The position numbers and the translations under genes are program-made. 64,000 nucleotides of DNA from Novakomyces olei. Its lineage: Eukaryota. The stretch's first letter is position 1; every line of letters starts with the position of its first letter. Under the pieces are notes generated by a model that made no database searches, was not told the origin of the DNA, and was given only the letters and a program-made list of their open reading frames with translations. Below, piece after piece: positions 13,453 to 26,822 of this stretch. The stretch spans positions 1,550,001 through 1,614,000 of the forward strand of contig JADEYG010000007.1 in NCBI GenBank assembly GCA_016906335.1, read 5' to 3'.

Positions 13453-15670
13453 ATGTCAGACGCAATTGATGGCGACAAAGGCAGATCAATTGAAGCTGAG
13501 ACAAGCGAACTTGCTGCCGATAACAGCGACCAAAATGATCGCGCCCATAAGCGGTTAAAGACTGAACCTGAGCGCTCAGCGACACAGTTCAAAGAGTCCA
13601 GTGTGGGCATTACAGAGTACATTGACCCTGACCAGCCCGGGTTTGCGTGTATACTGAAGGCGAGGTAGGACGAATTTAATGACGAATTAATGACTTGATT
13701 CTTCCAGACAATGCGAATGAATCGAGTGGAAAGATAATTGTAGTGAAAAAGAAGGAGCAAAATAGGAGAAACCTTTTATTAAACTCGATTCACTAACTTT
13801 TGCAAGGTACTCTGATTTCCTCGTGAACGAGATCGATCTCGAGGGTAACATTGTCCGTCTGACCGACGATTCTGTCCCCGACCGCTTGAAAAAATTGGCC
13901 CCCTCAAACAAGAAAACGGCAGACACTCGGCCAGAGTCAGGCGATGCTGATGTCTCCACTAACGAGCAGCAAAAAGAGCAGCAAAAAGAGCAAAAAGAGC
14001 AGCTCAAGTCTCAGCTGCGTTCAGCATTGGGAGACGAGTGCTTTGCAGAGTTGGAGCAATTGGCTCAGTCAGCGGGGAAGCATACAACTGCAGAAGGCCT
14101 CTCTGTCACGAGTCAAGTAATCGCAGACAAATCTGTTCGACGACTCGTTCATACAAGTACTCGCGAACTATACGCCGGAGCAGTTGACTCTATAAGCACG
14201 GCGGAGTCGCAATTAAAGTTTTCTGCCCTCAATCATGCCCGTACCTTACGGTCGCGTGAGCACCAGGAAACGGCACGCAGTTTTGCCGATCTTGGTGGGG
14301 ATTATTGCCACGCTGTACTGTACAAGGAGAACCGGGACACGCACGAGGTAATGGACAGAATAGCCAAGTCTATACGTATTGCGCCTCGCGCATTGGGCTA
14401 CGCCGGCACTAAAGACAAACGTGCCTGTACTGCTCAACGCGTATCCGTCCACAAGATACGTGTTGAAAGGCTCCGTGGCCTTAATGCCCTGCAACGCTTT
14501 GGATTTAGACTCGGCAATTTTTCCTATAGCGAGCACCCTCTAAAACTCGGTGATTTAAGGGGCAACAGGTTTACTATAGTCCTGAGAAAAGTGCAGTTGG
14601 ACCCGGCTCAAGCTCTGCCGGCCATCCGCACGCTTGAGCAAACAGGATTTTTAAACTATTTCGGTATGCAAAGGTTCGGTATGGCGAATGCCGCAACACA
14701 TACAATCGGTGCCGCTCTACTGCGGCAGGAATGGCAGACAGCTGTCCGTCTTGTTCTAGATCCTCATGATCGGGCGGACAATGATCCGTCACTGCCGGCT
14801 CGACTCGTTTATAAGGAGACGGGTAACGCTGCAGAAGCACTGGCCAAAATGCCTCGACGTTTTGTCGCTGAGTGTGCTCTGTTGAGGGGACTCGCAAAGT
14901 CACCTAACGATTTCTTGGGTGCAATCTACCTGATTCCGCGTAATCTACGGACCATGTACCTCCACGCCTTCCAGTCCTTTGTATGGAACTCGGCGGCCAG
15001 TGCGAGATGGCGACTAGCACGGGACAAGGTGGTCGTTGGCGATTTGGTCTTGAAGAAATGCGATGAAAAGAGCAGTATTGGAAATGACAGCAGCAACGAC
15101 AACGAGGGCAATTACGAGAATAATCAAGAGGATGCTCAGCAAGGACAATCAGCCATTGAGGATGGAGCGTTCAGGCACGCGACAAAAGTGACAGAGAGCA
15201 CGATAGGGCAGTACAGTATCTATGACGTAGTATTGCCCTTGCCTGGTGTGGATGTAATCTACCCCGCAGGCAGTGTCTATGAGACAATTGTCAGGGTAAT
15301 GAGCGAGTCGGGCTTGGACCCGGCAAATATGCAGAGACGGCAGCCCGATTTTAGTCTGGGTGGGACTTACCGTCGACTACTGCAAAAGCCGACACAGTTT
15401 GAACATGTGTTTATGCGCTATGAGAACGATGACGATAGACTCACAGCGACAGATGCCGAAATCATGCAAGGGCTGCAAGAGCCTTACAGTGCTGATTCAT
15501 CAGAGTCAAGGGCTACTACTGCCGATGGAAATGCAGCTATTTACGGTGAGGGAAAGCATCTGGCTCTAAGGCTAAAGTTCAATCTGCCCTGCGGCACGTA
15601 TGCCACAATGGCGCTCCGTGAAGTGTTCAAGCAGGAAACGGATTCGTTGTCTCAGAAAATGCTGATGTGA
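13453..15670 (+). CDS. PUS7: TruD-family pseudouridine synthase Pus7, intron ~13665-13807
   Basis: ILKAR|YSDFLVNEI, YAGTKDKRA, LGDLRGNRFTIVLR, GFLNYFGMQRFG and GTYATMALRE. Confidence 0.96.
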
Positions 15671-16231
15671 TTGTTTGCAGGGAAACGTAAACTGCACTAT
15701 CTCTACAAAAAATCATAATCGTTCCTGCTGCTGCAATGCTGCTATATAATATATAGTGCGGATTATAAAACGAAATTGTGATCAAAAGTATTATACACGT
15801 GTATTTTTCACTGCATATTATTTTGTATTATTCTGATTCCGTTCTGTAGTTGAATTATTCCGTTCAGAATATTTGTACAGGTAATATTTCTGGAGCGAGT
15901 ATATTTCTACTGTGTATCCTCTTCAGAATATTTCTACAGAATATTTCTACAGAGGATTTCTACATACATTACTCTGTATATTCTCTACGGACAAATACCC
16001 GACAGACGAGATATATGATACACATGTTTAAATCATTAATTAACATAAAGTAGTGATAGTCAATCAAAAAGATAAAAGAATTTCCACGCTGTGCAAAAAC
16101 CGAATATAAGAGTAGTGTAGACACAAGTCATCAAGAACGGCACGGTACAAAAAACTGCAAAACCCAGGATATTTTACGATGGTAGAGAGACCGTTGTAAT
16201 AGTATGCAAGCCCATATAATATAGGCAGACT

Positions 16232-17179
16232 CTATCGCACGAGCGAGTCAAGCAGGTCGCATACTCGATCTATTTCTGCCGCCCATTCAGTAGCAGGATC
16301 GAGTTCCTTTTGTACGGTAGGCGCTGCTGCCTTGTTTAACGTATCCTCAGCGCCTATTGATAGCTCATGTACTGAAAACACTTGGGGCGAGAAAGGCCCG
16401 CTCCATCCAAGAAAGGGATTCCGGCAGCTGATCATAGCGTCCGCCGGGTTTGACGATACCGGTCCGAGGTCCGCACCAGAGACAGTACAAGAGGTGTCCT
16501 GTGCCCCAGAGGCCAGAGGCCAGTCGTCAAAAGAGCTCATATTAGCACTCAAACTCAGATCTGCCGGGTTTATATCCTTGCGGGTATATTCGTATAGCCG
16601 ATCATAGATACTTGTATCGGCAGACTTTTCGCTTTCTCCGACACTCGAAGCAGTCGGACTGCTTACGGAGCAAAGCTCCAACACTTGCTCAGGTGCATCG
16701 TCCTCTGCCAGTTTCAAATCTTCATCAAACGAGTCCCATTCCCTCTTATCCTCACTCTTGACTGTGGAAGACGAAGGCAGATCCGGAGCCGGCGTCATAC
16801 TGGAAGACGGCAAGTCCTGTGGCGAAGGTGGTGTGACCATTGACGGCTTTTGAGCCTTCAAACATTTAATCTCGAGTATTAGCCGAGAGTTTTCCTCGCG
16901 GGCAGTTGCCAGCTGCTGTGCTAAATCCTTGGCAGAACTTGTCTGCTCCTTCACGAGCGATTCGAGATGGGAGATATACTCCTTTCTCCGTACACGAAAG
17001 TTCCGTGCCGATACTTTGTTACGCAACTGACGCCGTTCTCGCGCCGAGAGTTTAGGGTTCTCTGCTGCCGCTTCCAAGTCCGCGATTTCCGCTGCGGAAA
17101 TTGCTGTAGGCGACGGTGACCGGTGGCTGGAAGAAAAGGACGCTGGTGTGGAAACTGACTCTGCAGCTTTCAAAGCCAT
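16232..17179 (-). CDS. Fungal bZIP transcription factor
   Basis: Basic region ERRQLRNKVSARNFRVRRKEYISHLE plus a zipper. The start at MALKAAE is inferred; the upstream ORF extension is AT-rich noise. Confidence 0.88.
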   Translation of the reverse strand: MALKAAESVSTPASFSSSHRSPSPTAISAAEIADLEAAAENPKLSARERRQLRNKVSARNFRVRRKEYISHLESLVKEQTSSAKDLAQQLATAREENSRLILEIKCLKAQKPSMVTPPSPQDLPSSSMTPAPDLPSSSTVKSEDKREWDSFDEDLKLAEDDAPEQVLELCSVSSPTASSVGESEKSADTSIYDRLYEYTRKDINPADLSLSANMSSFDDWPLASGAQDTSCTVSGADLGPVSSNPADAMISCRNPFLGWSGPFSPQVFSVHELSIGAEDTLNKAAAPTVQKELDPATEWAAEIDRVCDLLDSLVR

Positions 17180-17864
17180 TAATTCCAAATGAATGAGCAA
17201 GGCCGGTAAGGACGGAAGTGTCTTTGTGAGCCGTTCGAGGGTGGAACAAGGGTAAGTTGTCAAGTGTGTATTGTATTTGAGTGTATTTAAATACGCAAAT
17301 ACAAATATATAAATACGAAAATATATAGATATAGATATATATATAAACATATGTAGACATATACGTGCGTGTAAATATGGTGTGGACTACGCTAGTGGTT
17401 ATCGTTGTATTAGCACATCGATCCTTAACGGACCGACCGTCTGTTGATTCGCCGATAGTATTATTAATAGAAAACCCTGTTCGAGAAGGATATAGAACTA
17501 AAGCCAAGTCTGCCTATCTGGTTACTTGTCACACGCAAGTAATACACTGATCTCCAAGCAATTTCAATTAACGAATCTTAGTCTGTTTATAATGTTAGAA
17601 AAAGGTTGTAATATGTGGAAATTTTTGGGCCGCTCGTAAGCAGCAAGTGGCAACCCGAGATTAACCCTTTGAGAATCTCGTCATCAAACTATCGCAGTTT
17701 TAGCGCTGTTTTGAAATAGTGTCAGTATTTGGTTTCGAAAAGGTTATTTGACTGCACAAGATTAGCGATTGCCACGCGCGCTGTATAAGACATGTATGCT
17801 TCGTATACACTGAGCAGTCGGTATAGGGCATAACATATAGCGTGTTGAACAAGTTCAGACAAGA

Positions 17865-17975
17865 TATAATAATAATAATATTATTATTATTATTTATTAT
17901 TTATTATTCATTATTTATTAATTTATTAATTTATTAATTTATTAATTTATTAATTTATTAATTTATTAATTTATA
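17865..17975. repeat. AT-only tract: (ATA/TTA)n then (ATTTATTA)n
   Basis: Read directly. Confidence 0.9.
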
Positions 17976-18162
17976 TACACAGGATGTCACACAAAACAGC
18001 GACACCTGCAAAGTGCCAAATTTCGTCCTGCTCTGTTTTATTCAACAAACAGGTACATATTTATTAGTTCTCTATACAAGACAATGCCAATGCTAAACTA
18101 ATCGCACACAAAGACCAAAATACAAACTCTGTGCGAGCCCGCCCGTAAACCCTAACCACCAT

Positions 18163-21100
18163 CTACCGATACCACGGGGTCAGGACATCAAAGCTGCCTG
18201 TCCCCAGTTCGGCTACTTTACCCATAACCAGGCTGGCGCTAGGGTTGTGCAGCACATCAGTGTCCCCGTAAAGGGCAGAGTGAGTAAGGAAGTGGCACGT
18301 CGTTTCAAAGCTCATTTTTGCAAAAGGGCTGACGTTTGATTCAAGGCCCATACGATTAAATGGCTTGTACCCACCTTCAAAGGTCATGTAATCCGCAATC
18401 AAACTCAAATGACGCATATCCACACCGATGCCATAAACGCCAAAGACGGCAGATATTTCCCGCACAATAGCATTACGAGCGGCCTCGACTCCGTACGTAC
18501 GCAAAATTGCGGCAATATCGTTTGAGTAAATGCTGTCCACGTCAACAACATCCGAAAACTCCCAAAGTCCGTGGAAATTGACCCCCTCAGTCGACATGTT
18601 TCTCGATTTATCCATCTCCGAGGCCGGTGGGGCGATAAAGGCTCGCGTAATTCCCGCCAGTTCTTGAATGACTGTCAGCTGACAAGCCCGTTCCACAAGC
18701 GAGACCATTAGCAGCTTCTCTGTGTCCAACGGGAACTCGAGATCAATACGGAACCATTCGCCAGTTTCGTCGTCAAATTCGAAATCACGAATGTTTCCAT
18801 ACTTTTCCCTGATCGCCCAGAGTCGTTCCCTATTAAACTTTTGTTTCTGCCGTTGCAATTTGGCTTTTGCTTGGGATTCATAGTAGTGCCCTGCATCCTC
18901 ATCCGAGTCCATATTCATATCAAAATCCTCTTCAGCTTCAGCTTCAGCTTCAGCATTTGCATTTGCATTTACATTGCTTTTACTTTGGCGAGCACCGACA
19001 GCTTCCCGGGACTCCTCATCCTCCGTATCCGTCTCATAGTCGTCCGATTCTTGTGCGTTTTTCATTACCGCCTTATCCTCCTCGTCAGGCCCCTCGTAGG
19101 AAGCAAAATGCTTGGACCGGCTGGCCATCTTCATATCGGTAGCGTCTCCGTCCCCTTCTTCTCCATCGTCTGCGCCCGAGTTTCTTGCAGTTGAGGCCTC
19201 GTCAATCGGCCGTACTGCCCGGCCAACAATATCCATATCGGCATCGCCTTCCGTGCCCTGCTCACCCGCCTCGGACCGCACTCCGTGTCCCGTTTTCTTT
19301 TTTTTCAGTTCGACATTAATCACTTTGAGTAGAGAGCGTATAAAGGCAGTCTTGGCCACTGCCTCAACATCCGCCGGCCGCACAGCAAATTCGTCACCAT
19401 ACTCTGCCGCAGTGTACAGCTGAATGTGGATGGAGTACGTTTTCGTTTGCTCCTCGCTCCCGTACCCTTGCACTCTCTCCTTAACCCTAACCCTATCCGT
19501 AATTTCAGACAGTTTAAGCTTGCTAATGTGCTTGCAAAAGGCTCTTGCCGCCCCGTCCGACGTTGTGGGCAGTAGTGGCAGAGTCATTGCCGGTGTCTGG
19601 ATATTTGCACTCGCTGTCATGACAATCTCACGCAGCCGTGGGATTCCAAGGGTGACGTTTTTCGCTCCGAAACCGGCAAAATGAAATGTGTTTAGCGTCA
19701 TTTGTGTGGAAGGCTCTCCCACAGACTGACTGGCAAGAATTCCCACCATCTCTCCAGGCTGAACCAGCGCTCGCTGGTACTGTAAATTCATAAGCGCCCG
19801 GAAATCTTTAGTAGGCATTGCGTGCTTACTCTGCACTGCCGCCCGTACTTTTTCCCGATCTTTTTCGTCAACAATAGTTTTATTATCATCAAGAGAATGG
19901 TCCTTTTCTCTTTCTCTTTCTCTTTCTCTTAGCCTTTGCCTTTCACCCTCTCTTTTACCAGCCTTGTGCTTGGCGATGAGCAAGTTGTGAGGGTTGGCTT
20001 CAATGTACTCCTCGATTTCATGAGCGAATGCCTCAGAGACGCTGCCCAGGTACCGGCTGGGATCGTACTTGTCCATTACAGGACTGTACTTGCCCGGTTT
20101 CCGGAGTGCCTTCTTTGACAGAGCCGGTGCAGTATCCGTGTCCACTTTCCTGACAACGTCGGCAATATTAAGGCGTGCCAGGAAAGCCTGGCTATTGGCG
20201 ATATTGAAATCGAACTTTGTCAGATACATTTGCCGTGTGACATCGAGGGAGTCGTCGCCATAGTGGAACTGAACGACAGAGTTGTCACTGTCCCTGACGG
20301 TGTTGTCATAGTGCACTTTAATGCCCTCCAAGTGCTTTATAAGGCAGCGCTGGAGGTACCCGGACCGAGAAGTCTTTACTGCCGTATCGATCAGGCCCTC
20401 CCTGCCGGCCATACAGTGGAAGTAGTACTCTTGCGGGCCGATACCCGTCAAGAACCGGCCGGAAATAAACCCACCGGCTTTAGCACTGGTGTCAAACGGA
20501 GGGAAAGACGGCAGAGTCTTGCCGCTCACCATCACTGGCACTCGCCTGCCTTCCAGCTCCTGCTGGCCGAGAAGGCAGGAGATTTGGGACACGTTCACGT
20601 TGCTGCCTTTGGCACCAGACACGGTCATTGCCTGCATATGGTTGTGTGGGAACTGCCTCAGCAGACCACTGGGCAGGCAGTCGTCAATAATCCTCGTCCT
20701 CAGCGGAGCCAGTTTCGTCTTGAATGCGGCATCAAGACCGGCCAGCTTTTCGTCGTCCCTCAGCACCTGCTCCATTCGATCAAGCAGTTCCCTGTCACCT
20801 TTTTCTACACCTAAACTGCCTCTGCCTCTGCCTCTACTTTTGTCTAAACTGCCTCTGTCTAAACTGCCTCTGTCTAAACTGCCTCTGTCTAAACTGACCT
20901 TGTCCAGTCCGACATAGTCCCGGCAGGCTTCAAAGCCGTAAGCGGCTGCGTCCTTGAGCAGCTCTGCCCGACGAGGATCGCCATACTCTGCGTCCAATCG
21001 CAGATCGTCCATACGGCACGTGAACCCACGCATCTGTAGAAACGTAGTAAACAGCCTTCCCAGCGTCGAGAGCAGTCGGCCCGCTGAGGCAGAGCCCCAT

Positions 21101-22414
21101 ACTTCATAGACAGCGTGGACCATTCCGTAAGCACTCGCCCCATACTGCGACTTGTCAAGGACTCCGTGCAAAAGCTGCCCATCGGCTATTAGCACTGACG
21201 CCTCCTCTGGGCCAGTCGGGCCCCAGTACTTGCTCCCGACTTTGGACTTTGAGGTGACATTTATGCCTGGCAGGTAAGTATTACTACTGTAGCTTTTGCT
21301 ACTGCTGTTGCTGTAACTATTGCTGCCCTGATCGTCTATACTGTCACTCCCGACACGAGGCCTTAGATTCAGCAGGATTGTTGAAACTACCTGCTTGCCC
21401 GTCCACAGCCGCACTGGCTTGTGGATAGCCGGCTCCATCAGCTGGATATAGCCTTCCCTCCCACAACTGCCATCGTCGAACCGGAGGGCAGAGCAGACGA
21501 GCTGCTGGTACTCTCTCCGGGAAAAGAACGTGTCCCTGCTCGTCATCCACACTCCGCTGACAATATGGTCCTGGATAAGCCCACGCAGAGGGTCGCCAGA
21601 GGTTGGGACGAGGTACTGCGAGTCCGTATTGGCCAGCAAGACTGCCTCTGCTCTGGCAGCCTCGTTCTGTGGGAAATGCATATTCATCTCGTCACCATCG
21701 AAATCGGCATTGTACGAGTTGCAGTTGGCATAGTGCATTCTAATCGTCTTTTCTCCCGGTAAAATGCGTGCTCTGTGAGCCATAATAGAGGGCTTATGCA
21801 GCGTCGGCTGACGGTTGAGAAGCAACATGTCCCCGTTCAACAGATGCCGCAGTACTTTTTTGTTTGTATTGCTTACACGGTGCATTGAATCGGCTCCCAT
21901 ATGCTGAGCTGCCGCTGAAGGCTGCAGCGTAAGCAGCTGATTGGCCAGGGCAGTTCTCTGCTCAACACTGAGCGTGGCCAGAGCAATTAGCGACCCCTCC
22001 TCATTCTGCACGTGAGAGGCTCCAGGCCACTTGAAGGGACCATTGATTACTGCCCTGCGCAGCTGCCCTACATTGTACTGCGTAACGGGTTCAGGGTACG
22101 TCAGTTTCATGGCGAATACTGGAGGCACTCCTATCTCGTTTGTCTCTATATAAGGATCGGGAGATATTACAGAGCGGGCCGCATAGTTGACCCGCTTGCC
22201 CATCATGTGCTTACGAAAGAGACCCTCCTTCTTCTCCAGCAACTGCTTGATTCCGGGCGGAGGTTCTTTGCCCTGAGGCATTACCTGCGGATTACGATTG
22301 CTGTCCAGGAAACTGTTGACCGCGTTTTGCAGGATTGTAAAGCTTGCGACCAGCTGCTGGACTATACGCTGGCGGGCCTGGCCTACTGACTTTTCGGCTT
22401 CAATACCCATCTCT

Positions 22415-22448
<34 letters not shown>

Positions 22449-23832
22449 TGTCCAGGTCTAAATCGTCAGAGGAAGCCAGCTGAGCGTTCAAGTCACGGAT
22501 TCTCTCACTTGCCAACAGCACTTTGCTCAGCATATCATTCTGCACATTTTCATGCACTTCGTCGCCCATCTTTGACGGCGGACGGAACCGGGTAGGCGTA
22601 ACCGCCAGCAAGTGAATAAAGAACCTGTCTGCCGATACTTCAATACCAGTCTGGCTGCCAGATTGGCTGCCGGCCTCGCCTTCTATCCCAAACAGTTTCC
22701 AGGCGTCCCGTCCACCGTAAAGAATATGCACTAGCCGCCTTTCGCTCCTAAACAGCCGTCGCAAATGGTTACGGGCTTCAGTGGTTGAAATAACCCTTGA
22801 GCCAGGAGCGTTCTTGTGCCTCAAGCTTGCCTTTTCTCCTTCAGTTTCCGCGACAAGGCCATTACTCGGCCCGTTGATTTCAGACTGAAAAACACTGGGC
22901 CTGTGCTTGCCCATGCCGTCCATCAGCTCTTGGTGCTTGGTGGGCAGCTTGTTTTCAAAAATTGTAACTGCTCCGTCCCGTCGTAGAGAGGGCGAAATGC
23001 CTCCACAGTTTTCACATCTTTTCCTCGATAAGATCAGTTTGAGAAAGTCTTTAATGCACTGCCGACGTTCCTCAAACAGCGCGCTTGAAAGCGTCTCGTC
23101 TTCGTCTCGCAGCTTTTTGGCAGCAAGTGCCTCCTCCACAAACTTTTCACGGCGCCTAATCAATGCTGAGCCATCTCGCACTTCATCCTCATCTGCCGCA
23201 CTTTCGTTCCCAGAATCCTGATCGCGTTTAGCCGCCAAAGTAGAATGTTCGGCAATGTGTATCTGATCAACAGCACTCGCCTCGAGCGACAGTCCTGCGC
23301 CCAATAACGTTAATTTGCAAATGTACCTATGCACCTCCGTTTTCAGCAGTCTGAAATGATGGCAGTAAAGGCACATGGACCGCATTAAATGGAACATTTG
23401 GCCGAAAAACATGGGATTGTACGCAGGAATGGGCAGGGAAATATGGCCAAAATGACCAGGGCAAAACCGTTCGTCCATCCTGCATGTTGCGCACCTGTAA
23501 CGTTAGACGGGAAAGTTCTAGAGGCAAGATTGCACCAAACCCACACGGGCCTAACTGGCACAAAGACACAGTAAAAAAAAAAGACTGAAAATTAAAAGGA
23601 TGCAAAAGCTGAGAGACGAAAGCGGCTGCGGAGGGGGTACTTACAACGATCCACGGCCAAGGTAGGGCCCAAGTGCCGTATCATATAGTCCGCCTGGTGT
23701 AGGGTGGCCAAGATTGTCAAGCAGCACAGGATTGTTGATTTCCTTTACAGAAATACGCCGTATTTCGTCCTGACTATAAAAGCCGAATTGTACACTTGAA
23801 ACCTCTGCGCCCACCGGCTGCGCAGTGTTCAT
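18163..23832 (-). CDS. RPA190: RNA polymerase I largest subunit, intron 23495-23644
   Basis: GGLYDTALG, CATC..CPGHFGHI, KKEGLFRKHMMGKRVN, catalytic NADFDGD and TQMTLNTFHFAG. Confidence 0.98.
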
Positions 23833-24039
23833 GGCGTCGGCACCAGTCAATTTTTTTCTCTCTATTATTTGTATAATATTCTTTTAATAGTCGTTGTATT
23901 AATCACTGATATATGGATTATGTGACAGGTCCCTTGTCAGCAAATAAGTATAGATTGTATTTGTAGATATATTCTGGTCTATATATAAATATATATATAT
24001 GTATACATATATATAAAGAGAGATATTATTTTTAGTTTT

Positions 24040-24198
24040 CAATTTGATAATAATCTCAATTATAATCTCAATTATATTTAATCATAATTTAATTATATTT
24101 AATTATAATTTAATTATATTTAATTATAATTTAATTATATTTAATTATAATTTAATTATATTTAATTATAATTTAATTATATTTAATAATTTAATTTT
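24040..24198. repeat. 21-bp AT-only minisatellite (TTTAATTATATTTAATTATAA), about 5-6 copies
   Basis: Read directly; lies in the RPA190/RTT109 divergent promoter. Confidence 0.92.
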
Positions 24199-24263
24199 AC
24201 TATATATTTACGCGAAACTGATAGGCAATTGTAGTGTTGTAATGCTGTAATCGCAGGCGATTC

Positions 24264-25373
24264 ATGCTGCAGTATGAAACGCTTCAGCGCAGCCTGGCGC
24301 GGTGCTTACCAAAAGGCGATACGCAGTACCGTTACACTTACGTGAAAAGCGCACAAAGACGGGCTAAAAGTGACAAAAAAAATGACAGAAAACCTGGCTC
24401 TAGACTGCTTCAAAACGCGACTGACCACCTGCTAGTCGTGTCGGCGAATGGTATAAACACCTTTGCCATCCAAATCACCTCCTACGAGTCTGAGGGCAAT
24501 GCGATTTTGTACATTGGCAAAGCAGATTCTTCCGGGTACGCGACTGGAGCTTCACGGTACAAGCAGATAGCGGCTGTGTTTATTACGTTTCTAGCAAACG
24601 AGAACGCGCAACGGTCAATCACCGTTTCGCTATTCGCTAAATCCCAAGGTCAGTACCTATTCCCCGGATCGGTAAAGAGCAAATCAAAACGTGTTTTGAG
24701 TGATGCGCAACTTGTTAAATGGTGGATCCGCGTACTGGATCTTGTACGGAGCGCAACAGCATCGCCCTCACAGGGTTTTCTCCTCATTCCCGGTCTGGAT
24801 TTGACTGAGCAAAGCCGGTACTTTAGCGCGTCCCCCCATCAGTGGCGTATAGGCCATGTGTGTGACGTCAAGGATGGGAAGGCAGCGGAGATTATCCCAC
24901 GGTTCCCGGACGATCCAAAGCATCGGTTCCTACTTGAGCTGGATCGGACGGGAGAGTCGCGGGATATGTCACTGGCCACGTTTTGGCAGCTCATGGCTCA
25001 CCGCCAGGAATGCTCGCTTGGGCGAATGGTGGGATTTATATCTATAAAATTTGAAAAGAAAGGGCCAATAGGGTCAATGCCGCATTGTGGCCTGTCGGAC
25101 AAGGATTACAAGCGTTTAATAGACGCAATGTACCACGGTGACTACTCGACCGTGGAGGATGCAGAATCAGCCTCTAAATATTTTGATAGCGTCATTGATC
25201 TGTACCGCGATCAGCCTGGTCTTGCCCTTGGCAGTGTTGAGGGCGAGTGGGAGGAGGGGCCGGTACCGGACGGCCATACTACCGGGGACGAGGCGAAAGC
25301 AAAACGCCCGCCTACCGTAGTCAACCAGCTGGCTGGAAGTCTTGTTCGCAAAAAGCCACGGAGGGAGTCGTAG
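24264..25373 (+). CDS. RTT109: Histone H3K56 acetyltransferase Rtt109, intronless
   Basis: YIGKADSSG, LFAKSQGQYLFPGS, LSDAQLVKWW, IPRFPDDPKHRFL and FWQLMAHRQEC. Confidence 0.93.
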   Translation: MLQYETLQRSLARCLPKGDTQYRYTYVKSAQRRAKSDKKNDRKPGSRLLQNATDHLLVVSANGINTFAIQITSYESEGNAILYIGKADSSGYATGASRYKQIAAVFITFLANENAQRSITVSLFAKSQGQYLFPGSVKSKSKRVLSDAQLVKWWIRVLDLVRSATASPSQGFLLIPGLDLTEQSRYFSASPHQWRIGHVCDVKDGKAAEIIPRFPDDPKHRFLLELDRTGESRDMSLATFWQLMAHRQECSLGRMVGFISIKFEKKGPIGSMPHCGLSDKDYKRLIDAMYHGDYSTVEDAESASKYFDSVIDLYRDQPGLALGSVEGEWEEGPVPDGHTTGDEAKAKRPPTVVNQLAGSLVRKKPRRES

Positions 25374-25686
25374 TGCTTTTTGTTTAAGTCCAAGCATGAT
25401 TAAAGCATTGGTTTTTCAAAAAAAAAAAAAAAAAAAAATTATATTCATTAGCACCTCTAGAGTTTTCTGTTTGGCAATGTCTCATGAAGCATAGAATTTT
25501 CGCGTCGACAATCAATTCTAGTAGGATTACACTAAGTATAATTCACAAAAATATATATATTTTGTAACGCGTATAATAATAATGTGTAATGAGTGTCATC
25601 CATTGTTCTATAATAAAATAATAATTTTGCTTATAAAATGGGAAAGCGTATTCTTTCGATAACACTTGTCGACATTGCAGACCAAA

Positions 25687-26586
25687 ATGGCCGACGAGCA
25701 AGAGACAAAACAAGCGCAGAAGGAGGAGAAATTTGTCAAAACTCAAGAGGCAGATGATGACGAGGAAGAGGAAGATGAAGATTTTGCGCCAGATGGAGGC
25801 TCAGAGGGTAATTCAATCTGATATTTATTGAATATTAATTGTTTGGTAGAAGACTCTTCAGCTTCAGACGAAGAGGCGGAGGAAGACAGGTACAAGCCGC
25901 CTGCGGAGGAGCCTGATATTCGGATAAGGACGCGAAGGCAACAGCAGTAAGTTTTTTCTGGTCTATTTGTTTAACAAAATACAGAGAGGAGGACAATGTT
26001 AAAGCTGCAGCTTTACCGGCAATGAACAAATCACGAGCTGATGAATTATGGGCAGAGCTTAATGCACCAGAGAAAAGTGTCGCTACTGAAACTCAAGGTG
26101 AAGGCAAAAAGCCGTCTGATAATGGCCCAAAGCAAGAAATGATAAAAATTGAACAAAAATACGTCTTTGCTGGGAGGGAGACAGTGTAAGTTTTGTAAAA
26201 GACTATGGTCGCTAACTTTTTCAAGGGAGACAAGACTAGTGCCTCGAGACTCTGCTGAGGGACAAGCTTATTTAGCAAAACAGAAGCAGCAGCAGGATGC
26301 TGCCTCTGCCGCTAGTAATGATACTAATCCTGCTTCTCGGTCAAATATGCGGAGGCCAAAGAAACGCGTTTCCCAGTTGGAGGCAAACGCAGCAGCTGCC
26401 AAGAGCCAGAAAGTGAATACTCTGGAAAAATCGCGGCTTGACTGGCTTGGATTTGTGGATAAAGAAGGGATATATGACGATTTAAGGCAGAAGAACAAGG
26501 ACGGATACCTTGAGCGTCAAGACTTTTTAAAGAGAGTGGATGCTAAACAGCATGAAAATTTACGGGATGACCGGCGTCGAAAATAG
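25687..26586 (+). CDS. SWC5: SWR1 subunit Swc5 / BCNT (CFDP1), 4 exons
   Basis: Acidic N-terminus DEDFAP, YVFAGRE, and C-terminal BCNT domain NTLEKSRLDWLGFVDKEGI..DGYLERQDFL. Confidence 0.92.
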
Positions 26587-26822
26587 CAGCTTAATATCTG
26601 GTCACCAGCACCAGCTGTAGTTTATGCGATAAAATGTATATAGACAAAAGTTTTTAAATATATTTATTTAAAATTTTATTTGTTTATTTTTGAAATATTC
26701 ATTTACTTCAAATGATCCCATGTAGTCCCTTTAATGCATGATATAAATTAAAATAGAATGCATATAAAAACGTAGTAGATACGTAAATCTAATTTTCCAC
26801 GTATTTTTTTGCGCTGGTCAAT

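Noticed and set aside
16232-17179. bZIP as HAC1 with an Ire1 intron
   Set aside because: The basic region does not match Hac1, and the ORF is continuous.
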